A program made the translations under genes and the position numbers. Below are positions 1 to 13,200 of a DNA stretch of 64,000 nucleotides, piece after piece. Location of the stretch: NCBI GenBank assembly GCA_951406725.2, contig OX597840.1, positions 19,592,001 to 19,656,000 on the forward strand, given 5' to 3'. This DNA comes from Octopus vulgaris (Eukaryota). Each line of letters begins with the position of its first letter. Within the stretch, counting starts at the first letter, position 1. The notes beneath the pieces were generated by a model. That model saw only the letters and a program-made list of their open reading frames with translations, had not been told where the DNA came from and ran no database searches.

Positions 1-104
1 CAGACAGACACCATTAAATATCAAAGTTGTTTTTATCGTAAACCAACATCGTTGATATTGATACCATATTTCACTACATAACCTACGACCTGGTAAACTG
101 ATAT

Positions 105-1548
<1,444 letters not shown>

Positions 1549-1900
1549 GATTTGTCGCTTTAATAAATTTTAACTACAACGGCACGACTAATAACGGTAA
1601 TAAAAAAAAGAAATTAAGTGAATATAAAAAACAATAAAATATAATAAGAAAAGAATAAAATAACAAAAAATAACAAAAATAATAATAATAACAGGATAAA
1701 AATGGCTGAAGCGGGGACACGATAACCTGCAACTCAAAACACACAGCTGCAGAGAGGAATAATGTGTGTGTGTGTGTGTGTGTGTGTCTGTGTGTCTGAA
1801 TGAGTGTGTGTGTTTATATATATAAATGCACGCGCTTTAAAAGTTATAAATGTATGTAATATGGAGCGTGAGAATAAAGCTGGAATTCCCAATGACAGTA

Positions 1901-1932
<32 letters not shown>

Positions 1933-1951
1933 CATATGTATATATATATAT

Positions 1952-2040
<89 letters not shown>

Positions 2041-2084
2041 TGTAAATATATATATATATAAACAAATTTTTTCAGGCATATCAG

Positions 2085-2115
<31 letters not shown>

Positions 2116-2256
2116 GTGTGTGTGCGCGTGCGTACGTCATTAGTGAAAAAGAAAAACATTGCTGGGGAAGGAGTATTGAAGAGGGAGGAAAAGGGGGGAT
2201 GTGACAAGACGAATGAAATTGAAAACACACGCACATGCTCTCTCTCCCTCTCTGTC

Positions 2257-2297
<41 letters not shown>

Positions 2298-2397
2298 TTC
2301 TATCACACACACACACACACACACATACAGACACACACATACATTAATTTCCCTAGCAAAAGTTTCTCAGTGACTTCGAAGTTACGCAAGATACAGT

Positions 2398-2600
2398 TAT
2401 GTATGTATGTATGTATGTATGTATGTATGTATGTATGTATGTATGTATGTATGTATGTATGTATGTATGTATGTATGTATGTATGTATGTATGTATGTAT
2501 GTATGTATGTATGTATGTATGTATGTATGTATGTATGTATGTATGTATGTATGTATGTATGTATGTATGTATGTATGTATGTATGTGTGTGTATATGTAT
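2398..2600. repeat. (TATG)n microsatellite
   Basis: Near-perfect tetranucleotide tract; similar tracts at 2699-2777, 3005-3133, 8425-8651, 16315-16548, 30810-30892 and 47050-47350. Confidence 0.95.
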
Positions 2601-2747
2601 GTCATTATTCAGTTTATTTCAAGATTTCTTACCAATAGAGAAAGAACCGGTTTCGAACCTAGATCCAAGGATCCTTCATTGAAATTTCAACACCAACGGT
2701 ATGTATGTATGTATGTATGTATGTATGTATGTATGTATGTATGTATG

Positions 2748-2778
<31 letters not shown>

Positions 2779-3000
2779 GTTTTGTTTTATGTATGTGTTC
2801 TCATGCTTGTTGTTGCATATATAAATATCTTCATATATATTTAAATGATCAACTTCTGGGAAGTTTTACAGATTTTTACAGTTCCATTGATGGATTGGAT
2901 CTGTAGTCTTCGAATCAGCTTTCTTCTTTCTGGTTTTGAGAAACCTAATTTCTCAAGACTGGTATTTAGGCAGTGTGTTACATATACCAGTACCCCATGT
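2601..3000 (-). mobile_element. 5'-truncated 3' end of an R4/Dong-like (RLE) non-LTR retrotransposon in (CATA)n
   Basis: Minus strand reads ...YVTHCLNTSLEKLGFSKPERRKLIRRLQIQSINGTVKICKTSQKLII* then a 3'UTR ending aataaactgaataatgac-(atac)n; the same sequence occurs at 46850-47592. Confidence 0.65.
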
Positions 3001-3724
3001 GTTCGTATGTATGTATGTAAGTATGTATGTATGTATGTATGTATGTATGTATGTATGTATGTATGTATGTATGTATGTATGTATGTATGTATGTATGTAT
3101 GTATGTATGTATGTATGTATGTATGTATGTATGCGACAACAGTTCAATAACCCAACGACTGCATCTAGCAAACAAACGCATTTAAATACCAATGAAAGAG
3201 AAGTAAACCTCACTGAAAAGTACGAAATTGTGGTAGTAGAAATGATTATGATATAGCTAACTTGATAACAACGTCAGGAAATGAAGTCAGAATTGCCTTG
3301 TATACAAATAAATATAATAAATGCTAGTACAGAGTAAAATCAAAATGCCTTTTGATGAACCTCTGCATGACTACAAATCTTGTATAAAAATGTACTGTGC
3401 ATACAAGGGAGGATGTGTCGAAATCAAAACTGGTAAGAGACCTGCTCTACAGAAATGTCCTATTCTTTTAGTCTTTTATTTGTTTCAGTCATTAAGCTAG
3501 CATTAGTCATTAGTCATTAGGCTTGCAAACATGCAAGGGGTTGGTTTGTTTAGTCGAACAAATCGTTCCAAGTAATTATTTTTAAGCCTGGTACTTTTTC
3601 TACTGGCCCGTTTTAGCCGAGACACTCACTAAGTTGCGTGGACGTAAACAAACCAAAATCGGTTTTCAAGAGGCAGTGGATGACAAATACAAACGCAAAA
3701 CAAAAAACACAAAGAATGCAGCTT

Positions 3725-3886
3725 GGCACCAGTGAAGTCACAACTCATTTCTACAGCTGAGTGAACTGGAGCAACGTGAAATAAAGTGTCTTGCTCAAGA
3801 GCACAACTCGCAGCCCGATCCGGGAATCGAACTCACAACCTCACGATCGTAAGCACGACGCTCTAACCACTGAGCCATGCGCCTTC
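3725..3886 (-). mobile_element. tRNA-derived SINE, family 3 (5' part)
   Basis: Minus strand ggcgcatggctcagtggttagagcg (A box) ... gagttcgattcc (B box), then tgtgctcttgagcaagacact; homologous to 28563-28889 and 46472-46790. Confidence 0.8.
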
Positions 3887-3996
3887 AGCCAACAGCTGTG
3901 GGATTCAGAAGTTCATTTTGCAACCATGTAGTTTCGGGTTCAATTTCACTGTGCGGTGTCTTTGTGAAAGTGTCTTTTATTATTACCCTGGGTCAA

Positions 3997-4592
3997 GGCG
4001 GCGAGCTGGCAGAATCGTTAGCACGACGGGCGAAATGCTTAGCGGTATTTCATCTGCCGTTACGTTCTGAGTTCAAATTCCGCCGAGGTCGACTTTGCCT
4101 TTCATCGTTTCAGGGTCGATAAAATAAAATTAGTACCAGTTACGCACTGGGGTCGATATAATCGACTTAATCCGTTTGTCTGTCTTTGTTTGCCCTCTCT
4201 GTGTTTAGCCCCTTGTGGGTAGTAAAGAAATAGGTATTTCGTCTGCCGCTACGTTCTGAGTTCAAATTCCGCCGAGGTCGACTTTGCCTTTCATCCTTTC
4301 GGGGTCGATAAATTAAGTACCAGTTACACACTGGGGTTGATGTAATCGACATAATCCGTTTGTCTGTCCTTGTTTGTCTCCTCTGTGTTTAGCCCCTTGT
4401 GGGTAGTAAAAAAATAGGTATTTCGTCTGCTGTTACGTTCTGAGTTCAAATTCCGCCAAAGTCGACTTTGCCTTTCATCCTTTCGGAGTCAATAAAATAA
4501 AAATTAGTACCAGTTACGCACTGGGGTTGATGTAATCGACTTAATCCCTTCCCCCTAATTTGAGGCCTTGTGCTTCCAGTAGAAAGGATTAT
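3997..4592 (+). mobile_element. tRNA-derived SINE, family 2, with internal ~185 bp tandem modules
   Basis: ggcggcgagctggcagaatcgttagc head and gagttcaaattcc B box; body repeats starting at 4044, 4233 and 4417; core gcctttcatcctttcggggtcgataaattaagtaccag resembles the Meta-SINE domain. Confidence 0.8.
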
Positions 4593-5210
4593 TGCCCTGA
4601 GTCGATTAATGCCTTGTGAGTGAATTTGGTCGATGGAAACTGTGAGAAAGCCCAGATGTATATATTAATAGCACGGGGCCGTTAATTTCAAAGAGAAGCA
4701 GTTTGTTGATTGCATGGATCGCAGTATATGACTGGTACATATTCTCTCGGCCCTGAAAGGGTGAAAGCCAGAGTTAATCTAGTCAAATATAAACTGAGAA
4801 CGTTATGAATGGAAAAAAACACCACTAGGGATTTTGTTCGACGCACTAAACATTCTTCCAGTTCGCTGCCTCGCTAATTGCTAATTTTAAAAACATGTAA
4901 CTATGTATATTTTTTTTATTTACATTTATAATTACTTGTTTAAAGTAATTATAATTACAGATATTTATTATAAATTTATGAGGAAATATTTAAAGAATTA
5001 AAAAAAAGTTGGGAAAATGAATAATTAAAATAAATGCGTGGCTGGGTGGTAAGAAGCTTGCTTCTCAACCACATGGTTCTGGGTTCAGTCCCACAGCGTG
5101 GCACCTTGGGCAAGTGTCTTCTACTATATCCTCGGGCCGACCGAAGACTTGAGAGTGGATTTGTTGGACGGAAACTGAAAGAAGCCCTGCTTATATATAT
5201 ATATATATAT

Positions 5211-5840
5211 ATAATAGTTATCGCCATACTAATATGGCATTCTTATAAAAATAAGAATAAAGCTGTCCGCTTATTAGCTCCATGAGGCCATTGCCTTAAG
5301 TTAGCTATTTGATACACAAACTGTATCCATATAACCTTCGAACAAGGGAGGTCAGTCGCTCCACACTACTTGACCGGCAGCTACAGACGCGTTTCGGGGT
5401 ATTACCCCTTTTCAATGTAGCGTAGCCAGACCAGTAGGTGTCGCTTCTGACAATCTCTGTTCGAAGGTTTTATTTACCTAGCTTCGGTGGAATACATCCA
5501 CTTGTTTTCAATAATAGAAATATTAAAATTACTAAGTCTCTCTAAAAGAGAACAACGGCAGCATTTCCGGAAAATAATAGTTATCGCCATACTAATATGG
5601 CATTCTTATAAAAATAAGAATAAAGCTGTCCGCTTATTAGCTCCTTGTTCGAAGGTTATATGGATACAGTTTGTGTATCAAATAGCTAAATTAAGGCAAT
5701 GGCCTCATGGAGCTAATAAGCGGACAGCTTTATTCTTATTTTTATAAGAATGCCATATTAGTATGGCGATAACTATTATTTTCCGGAAACGCTGCCGCTG
5801 TTCTCTTTTAGAGAGACTTAGTAATTTTAATATTTCTATT
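5211..5840 (-). mobile_element. Hammerhead-bearing non-autonomous element (retrozyme/Penelope pLTR-like): 363 bp unit plus partial direct and inverted copies
   Basis: ataatagttatcgcc at 5211 and 5574 (period 363); inverted copy at 5645-5840 spans the unit junction; (TA)n on both sides. Confidence 0.8.
5380..5421 (-). ncRNA. Minimal type I hammerhead ribozyme, U3-A8 variant core
   Basis: gctaca TTGAAAA gggg-taata-cccc GAAA cgcg TC tgtagc: 6 bp stem I, 4+ bp stem II, palindromic helix III (ACGCGT), GUC cleavage triplet. Confidence 0.8.
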
Positions 5841-6384
5841 ATATATATATATATATGTATGTATGTATGTATGTGTGTATACACACGTATATATAAATAT
5901 ATATATATATGTGTGTGTGTGTATGTGTGTATGTCTGTGTGTTTTCCTCCACCACCACTTGTCAACCGGTGTCGGTGTGTTTACAACCCCGTAACCTAAC
6001 AGTTCAGCAAAAGAAACCCACACACTAAGTATCAAGCTTTAAGAAGAAAACAAGTCCTGCGGTCGATTCATTCGACAAAAAAATTCTTCAAGGCGGTGCT
6101 CCAGCATGGCTGCAGTCAAGTAAAAGATAAATGGTAAATGACAAACGATTTGGTTCAGAACCACAAAAAAACCTTTCGGGATTACGGCCCCGTCAGATGA
6201 CCGTGAACTTTAGAGGTGGCTTCCAACACTGAAACAGGGTTCCCTTTTTAACGAACGTCCCTTGGGGGTCTTAGAATCATTAAAAACGCATAAGCCCTTT
6301 AATTATTTTAATGGATTGTGAAGCCCTAAGATGCAGCTTATTTATATCTGATTCCGGTAACTGTTTTGCGCACACAATCAGCCG

Positions 6385-6640
6385 TTACCTCAGTGCTTCC
6401 ATACATTCCACCCCCCTCACACACACACACACACAATTGTTCTTACGTTAGTGCTTCCATATATTATTTCGCATAAACTTGTCCCCTCAACGCTTCCGTA
6501 CATTACCTCACTCAAACCAGCCGTTGTTGCATCAGTGCTTCCATATATCATCTCACGGAAACTTGTTGCTTCGATGCCTCCATACATCGACTCACGCGCA
6601 ATTAGCTGTTCTTACTTCAGTGCTTCCATACATTACATCA
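6385..6640 (+). repeat. Degenerate minisatellite, six copies of a gcttccatacat core
   Basis: Cores at about 6395, 6453, 6492, 6537, 6576 and 6622; spacing alternates 39 and 45-46 nt. Confidence 0.7.
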
Positions 6641-6699
6641 CACTTACCCGCAGGAGTTGCCCATTTCCATGGCTACAGCCGTGAACCAATGGTAGCCGT

Positions 6700-7130
6700 C
6701 GCCGCCGCCGCCATCACCGCCACTAAAGCAACAACGACAATATCGGCAGTAGCAGCAGCACCACCACCACTATCACCAACACCATAACCTCAACGGACCA
6801 CTACCGCCACCACTACCACCACCGCCACCACCACCACTACCGCCACCACTACCACCACTACAACTACCGCCACCACTACCACCACCACTATCACCAACAC
6901 CATAACCTCAACCAACCACTACCGCCACCGCCACCACTACCACCATCACCACCACCACCACTATCACCAACACCATAACCTCAACGAACCACTACCGCCA
7001 CCGCCACCTCTACCACCACCACCACCACCACCACCACCACCACACCACCACCACTACATTACCATCTCTACATCCGCCACCAGCACCACCAGAACGACGA
7101 CCACCACCACCGCCACCAACAACACCCTCG
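6700..7130. repeat. (ACC)n-rich low-complexity tract with a ~28 nt repeat (ctatcaccaacaccataacctcaac) in three copies
   Basis: Direct inspection. Confidence 0.85.
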
Positions 7131-7616
7131 TCACGACACCCGTCCACCAGCACCACACACACACACACACACACACACACATGCGCGTACACACACGCAC
7201 CCCCCCCTTTCTCACCCACATGCACTCCTTCCATCCAACCAGCCAACCAACCAACCCACCCACCTCACTTTGTGTCAACCCCATGTGACCACACCCTGGG
7301 ATGATGACGACGAGGGCGACGAGTGGGGGGGAGACAACAATCTCACCCACACACCCCGACACCCCCGACACCTCCGACACCCCCCTCTCCGTTCCTATTC
7401 GAGAAACTTCTTACTTGTTGACAAAAGTGTGCTGTCCCCCACTGAAAGCCGCTCCACGCAGTCGCTGTGTGCCGTGTCACGTGTGCCAGTCACATGTGCC
7501 AGTCACGTGGGCAGGACTTTCCTCACTGTATAAGTGTTTTTGTTGTTGTTTTTTATGGGGATCCGCCATCCATTTTGTTTCTTCCCTGGTCTTCTCACCG
7601 TCTCCATTTTCCCCCC

Positions 7617-7617
<1 letters not shown>

Positions 7618-7650
<33 letters not shown>

Positions 7651-7850
7651 CACCATCACCATCATCATCATTATCATTATTATTATCACCATCACCATCA
7701 TCATCATTATCATCATCATGATCATCATCATAATCATCGTCATCATCACCATCATCAGCATCATCATCATCGTCGTCGTCTTCATCACCATCATTATCAT
7801 CATCATCATCAGCATCATCATCATCCTCCTCCTCCTCATCATCATCATCA

Positions 7851-7920
<70 letters not shown>

Positions 7921-7982
7921 CATCATCATCATCATCATCATCATCCTCATCATCATCATCATCATCATCATCATCGTCGTCG

Positions 7983-8028
<46 letters not shown>

Positions 8029-8078
8029 CATCATCATCCTCCTCCTCCTCCTCCTCCTCCTCCTCATCATCATCATCA

Positions 8079-8113
<35 letters not shown>

Positions 8114-8165
8114 TTATTATTATTATTATTATTATCATCAGCATCCTTATCATCGTCATCATTAT
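7618..8165. repeat. Compound (ATT)n/(ATC)n/(CTC)n trinucleotide array
   Basis: Direct inspection; source of the poly-I/H/M pseudo-ORFs. Confidence 0.95.
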
Positions 8166-8779
8166 TCCTTCTCTTTCCTTTTGTTTTTTCTTTTATATAC
8201 TCCCCTCCGCCTTCTTATTGCATCTCCTGGTCCCCCTCATCTCCATGTTCCTCCTCCTTCACCTCCTCTTCCTCCTCCCCTTAGTCCTCCCCCCTCTGTC
8301 TTTGTCTCTGTCACATTCTCATCTGTTGACAATTAACTCAGACCAACATCTGTATATACATATACACCAGCGGGTATACCACATCAACACACTCGTACTC
8401 GTGTATATATATATATATGTATATGTATGTATGTATGTATGTATGAATGTATGTATGTGTATGTATGTATGTATGTATGTATGTATGTATGTATGTATGT
8501 ATGTATGTATGTATGTATGTATGTATGTATGTATGTATGTATGTATGTATGTATGTATGTATGTATGTATGTATGTATGTATGTATGTATGTATGTATGT
8601 ATGTATGTATGTATGTATGTATGTATGTATGTATGTATGTATGTATGTATGCACACATACAATCACGCATACACAGATATACACGCATACTTATACTCAT
8701 ATATACATATATACATGAACATACACACACATGCACTTTCATTACATGAAAGCTAATTTGAATTTGTGTGTGTGTGTGT

Positions 8780-8810
<31 letters not shown>

Positions 8811-9003
8811 AGACCCTTACATTCCTCTTATCTGAAGGAATCGATTTCCAGCTCAGGAACGAGACTCCCTCGTTGGAATTTGGTTTGCGACAACAATAAT
8901 GGAAAGAGTCAAACTTCAGGAAAGTCTTGTATGTCTTCACTGTTCCGCTTACAGATTGCCTGCAATGTGTGTGACGGGAGAAGGAAAGGATAAAGGAAAG
9001 CGC

Positions 9004-9279
9004 GAAGAAGAAGAAGAAGAAGAAGAAGAAGAAGAAGAAGAAGAAGAAGAAGAAGAAGAAGAAGAAGAAGAAGAAGAAGAAGAAGAAGAAGAAGAAGAAG
9101 AAGAAGAAGAAGAAGAAGAAGAAGAAGAAGAGAAGAAGAAGAAGAAGAAGAAGAAGAAGAAGAAGAAGAAGAAGAAGAAAGAAGAAGAAGAAGAAGAAGA
9201 AGAAGAAGAAGAAGAAGAAGAAGAAGAAGAAGAAGAAGAAGAAGAAGAAGAAGAAGAAGAAGAAGAAGAAGAAGAAGAA
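9004..9279. repeat. (GAA)n microsatellite
   Basis: About 275 bp of GAA with two phase shifts. Confidence 0.97.
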
Positions 9280-9394
9280 AATATCTTATCTGAATCCTAC
9301 AATACATATTTTGACGCTTATAAAAAAATGTTTGTTTATATGTATATATGTATGTATATATGTATGTGTATATATATATGTATATATATATATG

Positions 9395-9453
<59 letters not shown>

Positions 9454-9846
9454 AAAGTGTAATTGCCATGCAATGAAAAAACACTTGTGTATTAATAATT
9501 GATTATTCTACCAGCAGTGTATTGGAAAGATATTATCCCTTAGTTGGTTGGATTCACAACCTCTAACTTTCATAGAATTATATATATATATATATATATA
9601 CACACACTTGGATCTTTACGTGGACTTAGGCGTTCTCTGTTTGCGCTTCGCTTCACATTCGTTGCGTTGATACGCCTAAATCTGAAAATTATGGTGATTT
9701 AAGTAGAATTCGCATGGGTTGCAACGCTCTACATATACTGATTATATCTAACTCTTTTTCCGTTGAGTTGCTCAGCCTAAATGGACATTTAATGTTAAGC
9801 AGAATTTACATGGGTTGCGGCTCTCTGTATTTGTTTATTCTAACCA

Positions 9847-9990
9847 GTTGTAACTTAGCGGTTCGGTAAAAGAGACCGATAGAATAAGTACCAGGCTTAC
9901 AAAGAATAAGTCCTGGGGTCGATTTGCTCGACTAAAGGCGGCGCTCCAGCATGGCCGCAGTCAAATGACTGAAACAAGTAAAAGAGAGAA
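9847..9990 (+). mobile_element. SINE family 1, 3' tail fragment
   Basis: gtaacttagcggttcgg...aaggcggcgctccagcatggccgcagtcaaatgactgaaacaagtaaaagag. Confidence 0.8.
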
Positions 9991-10230
9991 AAACTGGCCA
10001 GATCAGGCCTCTCTCACCTACCCTACAATAAGTTCACTTTTCGTAGCCTCGATCCGCTTACATTTGAGACTGATAGCAATTTAATGTTATGTGGTTCTCA
10101 CATCCTTTATGCTACCACCCAACGATGCCACCCAGAACAGGCTGCAAGTTGCACGCTTATAATTGGTTGTACCGGCATTAGGCGGAGACTGCAATATATT
10201 TTTCGAACAGGCCGCTCTACCTAAGATATC

Positions 10231-10349
10231 CTTTGTAAGCCCAGTACTTATTCTATCGGTCTCTTTTGCCGAACCGCTAAGTGTCGGGGACGTAAACACA
10301 CCAGCATCGGTTGTCAAGCAATGCTAGGGAGATAAACACAGTCACACAA

Positions 10350-10405
<56 letters not shown>

Positions 10406-10486
10406 GACAGGCTTCTTTCAGTTTCCGTCTACCAAATCCACTCACAAGGCATTGGTCGGCCCGGGGCTATAGCAGAAGACACTTGC
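10231..10486 (-). mobile_element. SINE family 1, internal fragment
   Basis: Matches the central part of the full copies at 12126-12520 and 27110-27542. Confidence 0.8.
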
Positions 10487-10594
10487 ACGACGGACGATAC
10501 GGCCTGGCTGCTCTTTTGAATCCCTTTCATATTGCAGTTTTGGTTGTCTTATTCGTCTCAGGCACCGAGCTAGTATTTATATTTGATCTCCCAG

Positions 10595-10797
10595 GGGACC
10601 CACCTAAGGGTAGATCAGGAACGAGATGGTTAGATAATACCCATCGTCTCAGTTGGTCAGTTTTGAGAATGTTGCAGGAAAGCGTAATGGCGACTACTTC
10701 TGATTGGACCCCATGGAGGAGGTGCTTAAAGACTCTATCCCCACATGTCCATGGCCTTCCCAGAAATAATAGGATAAGATGGGTTGATGAATGTTAG
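10595..10797 (+). pseudogene. 3' end of an RTE-clade (Rex3/Expander-like) LINE
   Basis: PPKGRSGTRWLDNTHRLSWSVL...DWTPWRRCLKTL resembles the RTE C-terminal GRP-RW-D...W motif; gatgg/gatga-type tail. Confidence 0.5.
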
Positions 10798-11338
10798 TTA
10801 GTTAGTTAGTTAGTCAATTTGGCTCAAAAGCAAATATGAAATCGTCGCAGGTAGAGCTTTTTGGAATGACCCCGCAGCCGACGCTCTGGAGCAGGAGTGA
10901 AGAACAGCTCTTTCGAGAGGTTACACTTTCCGCTTATGAATGATTAGAGAGCAATTACATAGGTCGGGGTTTTCTGTTTTTGCTGATGATACCTAGTTCA
11001 CATTTTGTTGCGTTGATCCATTTATATTGAATGACTTATGGTCATTTAAGGTTAAGTAGAATTTACATTTATTGAAGCGCTCCATCCAATCGCCTCCGTT
11101 TGAAATCTGTTGCTAAGCAGTTCATTATGTCGCATTGTAGTTTATTTATCTTTTACTTGTTTCATTCATTACACAGCAGCCATAATGAGGCGCCGCCTTG
11201 TGGAATTTTAGTCGAACGAAGCGAACCCCAGGACTTATTTTCTTTTATTTTAATTTATTTAATGAAATTTTATTTTTATTTTAATGAGGGACGGCCTTCT
11301 AGCTTCCGTCAACCGAATCCACTTAGAAGGTTTTAGTC

Positions 11339-11732
11339 GGCGCAGGAGTGGCTGTGTGGTAAGTAGCTTGCTAACCAACCACATGGTTCCGGGTTCAGTC
11401 CCACTGCGTGGCACCTTGGGCAAGTGTCTTCTGCTATAGCCTCGGGCCGACCAAAGCCTTGTGAGTGGATTTGGTAGACGGAAACTGAAAGTAGCCCGTC
11501 GTATATATGTATATATAAATATACGCGTGTGTGTGTGTTTGTGTGTCTGTGTTTGTCCCCCCAGCATTGCTTGACAACCAATGTTGGTGTGTTTATGTCC
11601 CCGTTACTTAGCGGTTCGGCAAAAAGAGACCGATAGAATAAGTACTGGGCTTACAAAAAGAATAAGTCCCGATTAAAGGCGGTGCTCCAGCATGACCGCA
11701 GTCAAATGACTGAAACACGTAAAAGAATAAAA
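11339..11732 (+). mobile_element. SINE family 1, full length
   Basis: ggcgcaggagtggctgtgtggtaag (A box), gggttcagtccc (B box), CORE-like ggcaccttgggcaagtg, internal microsatellite, taaaaga-repeat tail. Confidence 0.9.
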
Positions 11733-12125
11733 GGTGTCATGCAGTAGAACTGAACCCGGAACCATGTGAGTGGCAAGCAAACTTCTTACCACGCCTCCGC
11801 ACACATGTGTTTCGGTTTTTCTTCTCCGCTTCCGTTACATCATCACCTAAGAAAGCTTTACGTCTGTTTCCGTCTGCCTCATAAAATTTGTTTCAGTTTT
11901 ATCGGTTTACACTTTCACTCTTTCTTTCTTTTATCGTTTCAGTCATCGGACTGCGGCAATGCTGGGGCACAGCCTCGAAAGGTTTAGCCGAACAAGTCGA
12001 TCTCACTACTTAATTTTTTACACACACACACACACACAAAACGCACGCACTCACACACACACACACACAAAACGCACGCACTCACACACACACACACACA
12101 CACAAATAAGGAGTAAATATTATAT

Positions 12126-12520
12126 ACTCTTTTACTTGTTTCAGTCATTTGACTGTGGCCATGCTGGAGCACCGCCTTTAGTCGAGCGACTCGACCCCGG
12201 GACTTATTCTTTGTAAGCCCAGTACTTATTCTATCGGTCTCTTTTGCCGAACCGCTAAGTTACGGGGACGCAAACACACCACCGTCGGTTGTCAAGCGAT
12301 GTTGGGGGGACAAACACAGACACATAAATACACACACATACATATACATATATACATATATACGACGGGCTTCTTTCAGTTTCCGTCTACCAAATCCACT
12401 CACAAGGCTTTGGTCGGCCCGAGGCTATAGTGGAAGACACTTGCCCAAGGTGCCATGCAGTGGGACTGAACCCGGAACCATGTGATTGGTTAGCAAGCTA
12501 CTTACCACACAGTCACTCCT
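12126..12520 (-). mobile_element. SINE family 1, near full length
   Basis: Reverse complement of 11339-11732. Confidence 0.9.
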
Positions 12521-12579
12521 AGATATTATTATTGTTATTATTATCTGCGGTAAATATAAATAATTGATAACTCCACTTT

Positions 12580-13200
12580 TTAGGGAGTAGGCGCCTCATG
12601 TGCCCTTTTGGTATATGGACCTTTAGTTTCCTGCCACCTCGGTGATTTCCTTTTTGGCAACAAGATTTGTCCTTGCTGTAGCAAGCCAAAAAGAAGCCAA
12701 TACGGTATATCAGTCTGACCTTCCACAGTCCCTTTAAACATACACATCAATTGGTTCCTATAAAATGTCAGCTTCTTGTACCAATACCCAACTATTAGGT
12801 CCCTTCCAGGTGCCTTCCCATTCTGCTGTTTGCCTACTACTATAGCGAAGGTTTCTGCATCAGTTTTGTATGTCTTACAGTATTCTCTCTCAGTCGTATT
12901 TAACCATGTTGCATTCAGGTTGAAATCACTCTTTTCGTTCCAGAATTTGTACCAGAATGTTTGTAGATCTTCTTGAGAAGGGAGCTTTCTTAATGCTGAT
13001 ATTTTTCCTTCCTCATCTCTCTGTATGATGCTTGTGAGTTGGAAGCAAACTTGTGATTGATACTGACTCGCTCGAACATTTTCTTCCCCGTTGATCTTTA
13101 GCTTTATGTTGATATCCGCTGGGCAGCAGATTTCCACAACTATATACAGTTTCTCTTCTTTATCCCAAATCACGATGTCGGGTCTATTATGTTCACATTT
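12580..13200 (-). pseudogene. R4/Dong-like LINE fragments (RLE endonuclease piece plus pre-RT region)
   Basis: KCEHNRPDIVIWDKEEKLYIVVEICCPADIN (RLE PD..D/E motif) and FWYKFW...NGKAPGRDLIVGYWYKKL...IPYWL (RT N-terminal region). Confidence 0.7.

Larger units (their letters stand above)
5034..6130 (+). mobile_element. tRNA-derived SINE, family 1, split by an insertion in its internal (TA)n
   Basis: Head gtggctgggtggtaag...gggttcagtccc...ggcaccttgggcaagtg at 5034-5190; remainder at 5841-6130. Confidence 0.85.

Noticed and set aside
3800-3886. tRNA gene candidates (also 25098-25166 and 28815-28889)
   Set aside because: A/B boxes are present but each runs into SINE body sequence, with no complete acceptor stem or terminator seen
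6165-6200. Minus-strand CTGACGG...cccGAAA string
   Set aside because: Core mismatch and no stem I
6385-6640. CRISPR-like repeat-spacer appearance
   Set aside because: Repeats are degenerate, linkers are related to each other, the context is eukaryotic and there are no cas genes
7301-9462. Poly-His/Ile/Met/Glu/Lys ORFs resembling low-complexity proteins
   Set aside because: Trinucleotide arrays with no splice or domain context
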